A stretch of 64,000 nucleotides of DNA from NCBI GenBank assembly GCA_015057375.1, contig SVEM01000003.1, positions 10,778 to 74,777 on the forward strand. The letters run 5' to 3'. The notes under the pieces are model-generated. The model made no database searches. It was not told the origin of the DNA and worked only from the letters and a program-made list of their open reading frames with translations. This stretch comes from Lachnospiraceae bacterium (lineage in GTDB: Bacteria > Bacillota > Clostridia > Lachnospirales > Lachnospiraceae). This document shows positions 63,481-64,000 of this stretch, one piece after another (position 1 is the stretch's first letter; every line of letters begins with the position of its first letter). Both the position numbers and the translations under genes were made by a program.

Positions 63481-64000
63481 ATGACGCCTTTATCATATAA
63501 AACAGTCTTTTGTGAAGGCTGCGGTGAGATCGTGGAAAAGAAGTCCAGATTCATAGCGCATGTATATCCGGTTACAGCTGTAGAAGAAGCCGAGGAGATT
63601 ATCAACCGTCTTAAAAAAGAATATTGGGATGCAAGACATAACTGCTATGCCTATATTATAGGAAAAGACGGCATGAATAAAAAATGCAGTGATGACGGAG
63701 AACCGCAGGGAACAGCAGGAAAGCCTATGTTAGAAGTTCTTACCGGCGAAGGCCTTGTAAATGTTTTGGTTGTTGTAACAAGATATTTCGGCGGAGTTCT
63801 TCTTGGAACAGGCGGTCTTATCCGTGCATATCAGGGTGCAGTAAAAGAAGGACTTAAGGAGTCAGAAGTAATTGAAAAAAAATATGCCGAAAAAGTAACG
63901 GTATCGGTTGACTATACATTTATGGGTAAGATTCAGTATATCGCGGCATCGCTCGATGTCATTACAAATGATATTATATATGACGATAAGGTTAATTTTT
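63481..64000 (+). CDS. yigZ: YigZ/IMPACT family protein, 3' end outside window
   Basis: GGAGG RBS, ATG 63481; EKKSRFI, ARHNCYAY, SDDGEP.GTAG.PM, RYFGG.LLGTGGL.RAY; absent from the ORF track because it is truncated. Confidence 0.92.
   Translation, partial: MTPLSYKTVFCEGCGEIVEKKSRFIAHVYPVTAVEEAEEIINRLKKEYWDARHNCYAYIIGKDGMNKKCSDDGEPQGTAGKPMLEVLTGEGLVNVLVVVTRYFGGVLLGTGGLIRAYQGAVKEGLKESEVIEKKYAEKVTVSVDYTFMGKIQYIAASLDVITNDIIYDDKVNF

Noticed and set aside
63375-63605. 77-aa N-terminal extension of PBP1A in the ORF track
   Set aside because: Overlaps the divergent yigZ gene; ATG 63374 has an RBS and gives a normal PBP N-terminus

Overview
A 64-kb chromosomal window from a low-GC Firmicute. Gene content and order (spore protein YtvI, thyX, clpC-radA, thrS, infC-rpmI-rplT, pyrG, ftsH, uvrC) suggest Lachnospiraceae/Clostridia; this is inferred, not searched. 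Most of the window is housekeeping: prmA, recJ, rdgB, tRNA-Val/tRNA-Met, a panG-like-panBCD-coaBC operon, a Zn ABC transporter, hslO, PBP1A and yigZ. Three accessory tracts interrupt it: a CPBP-protease/small membrane protein tract (6.3-10 kb); an ECF sigma/anti-sigma plus MBOAT-DHHW O-acylation cluster with an ECF-type promoter (37-42.6 kb); and a patchwork island (46.2-52.1 kb) with two PD-(D/E)XK-like nucleases, a structured GC-rich insert, a decayed arsC, a GH29 fucosidase and a guanidine-IV riboswitch-controlled PnuC-like transporter. The best candidate for an undescribed system is a DUF559/Vsr-like nuclease gene, apparently with a non-AUG start. Its stop codon directly abuts an array of four 38-39-bp units with fixed inverted arms and variable cores, separated by alternating ~34/~14-bp linkers. 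A second, gene-less array with the same geometry but different arm sequences lies behind tRNA-Met at 14.27-14.48 kb. All calls come from reading motifs by eye; no database searches were run.
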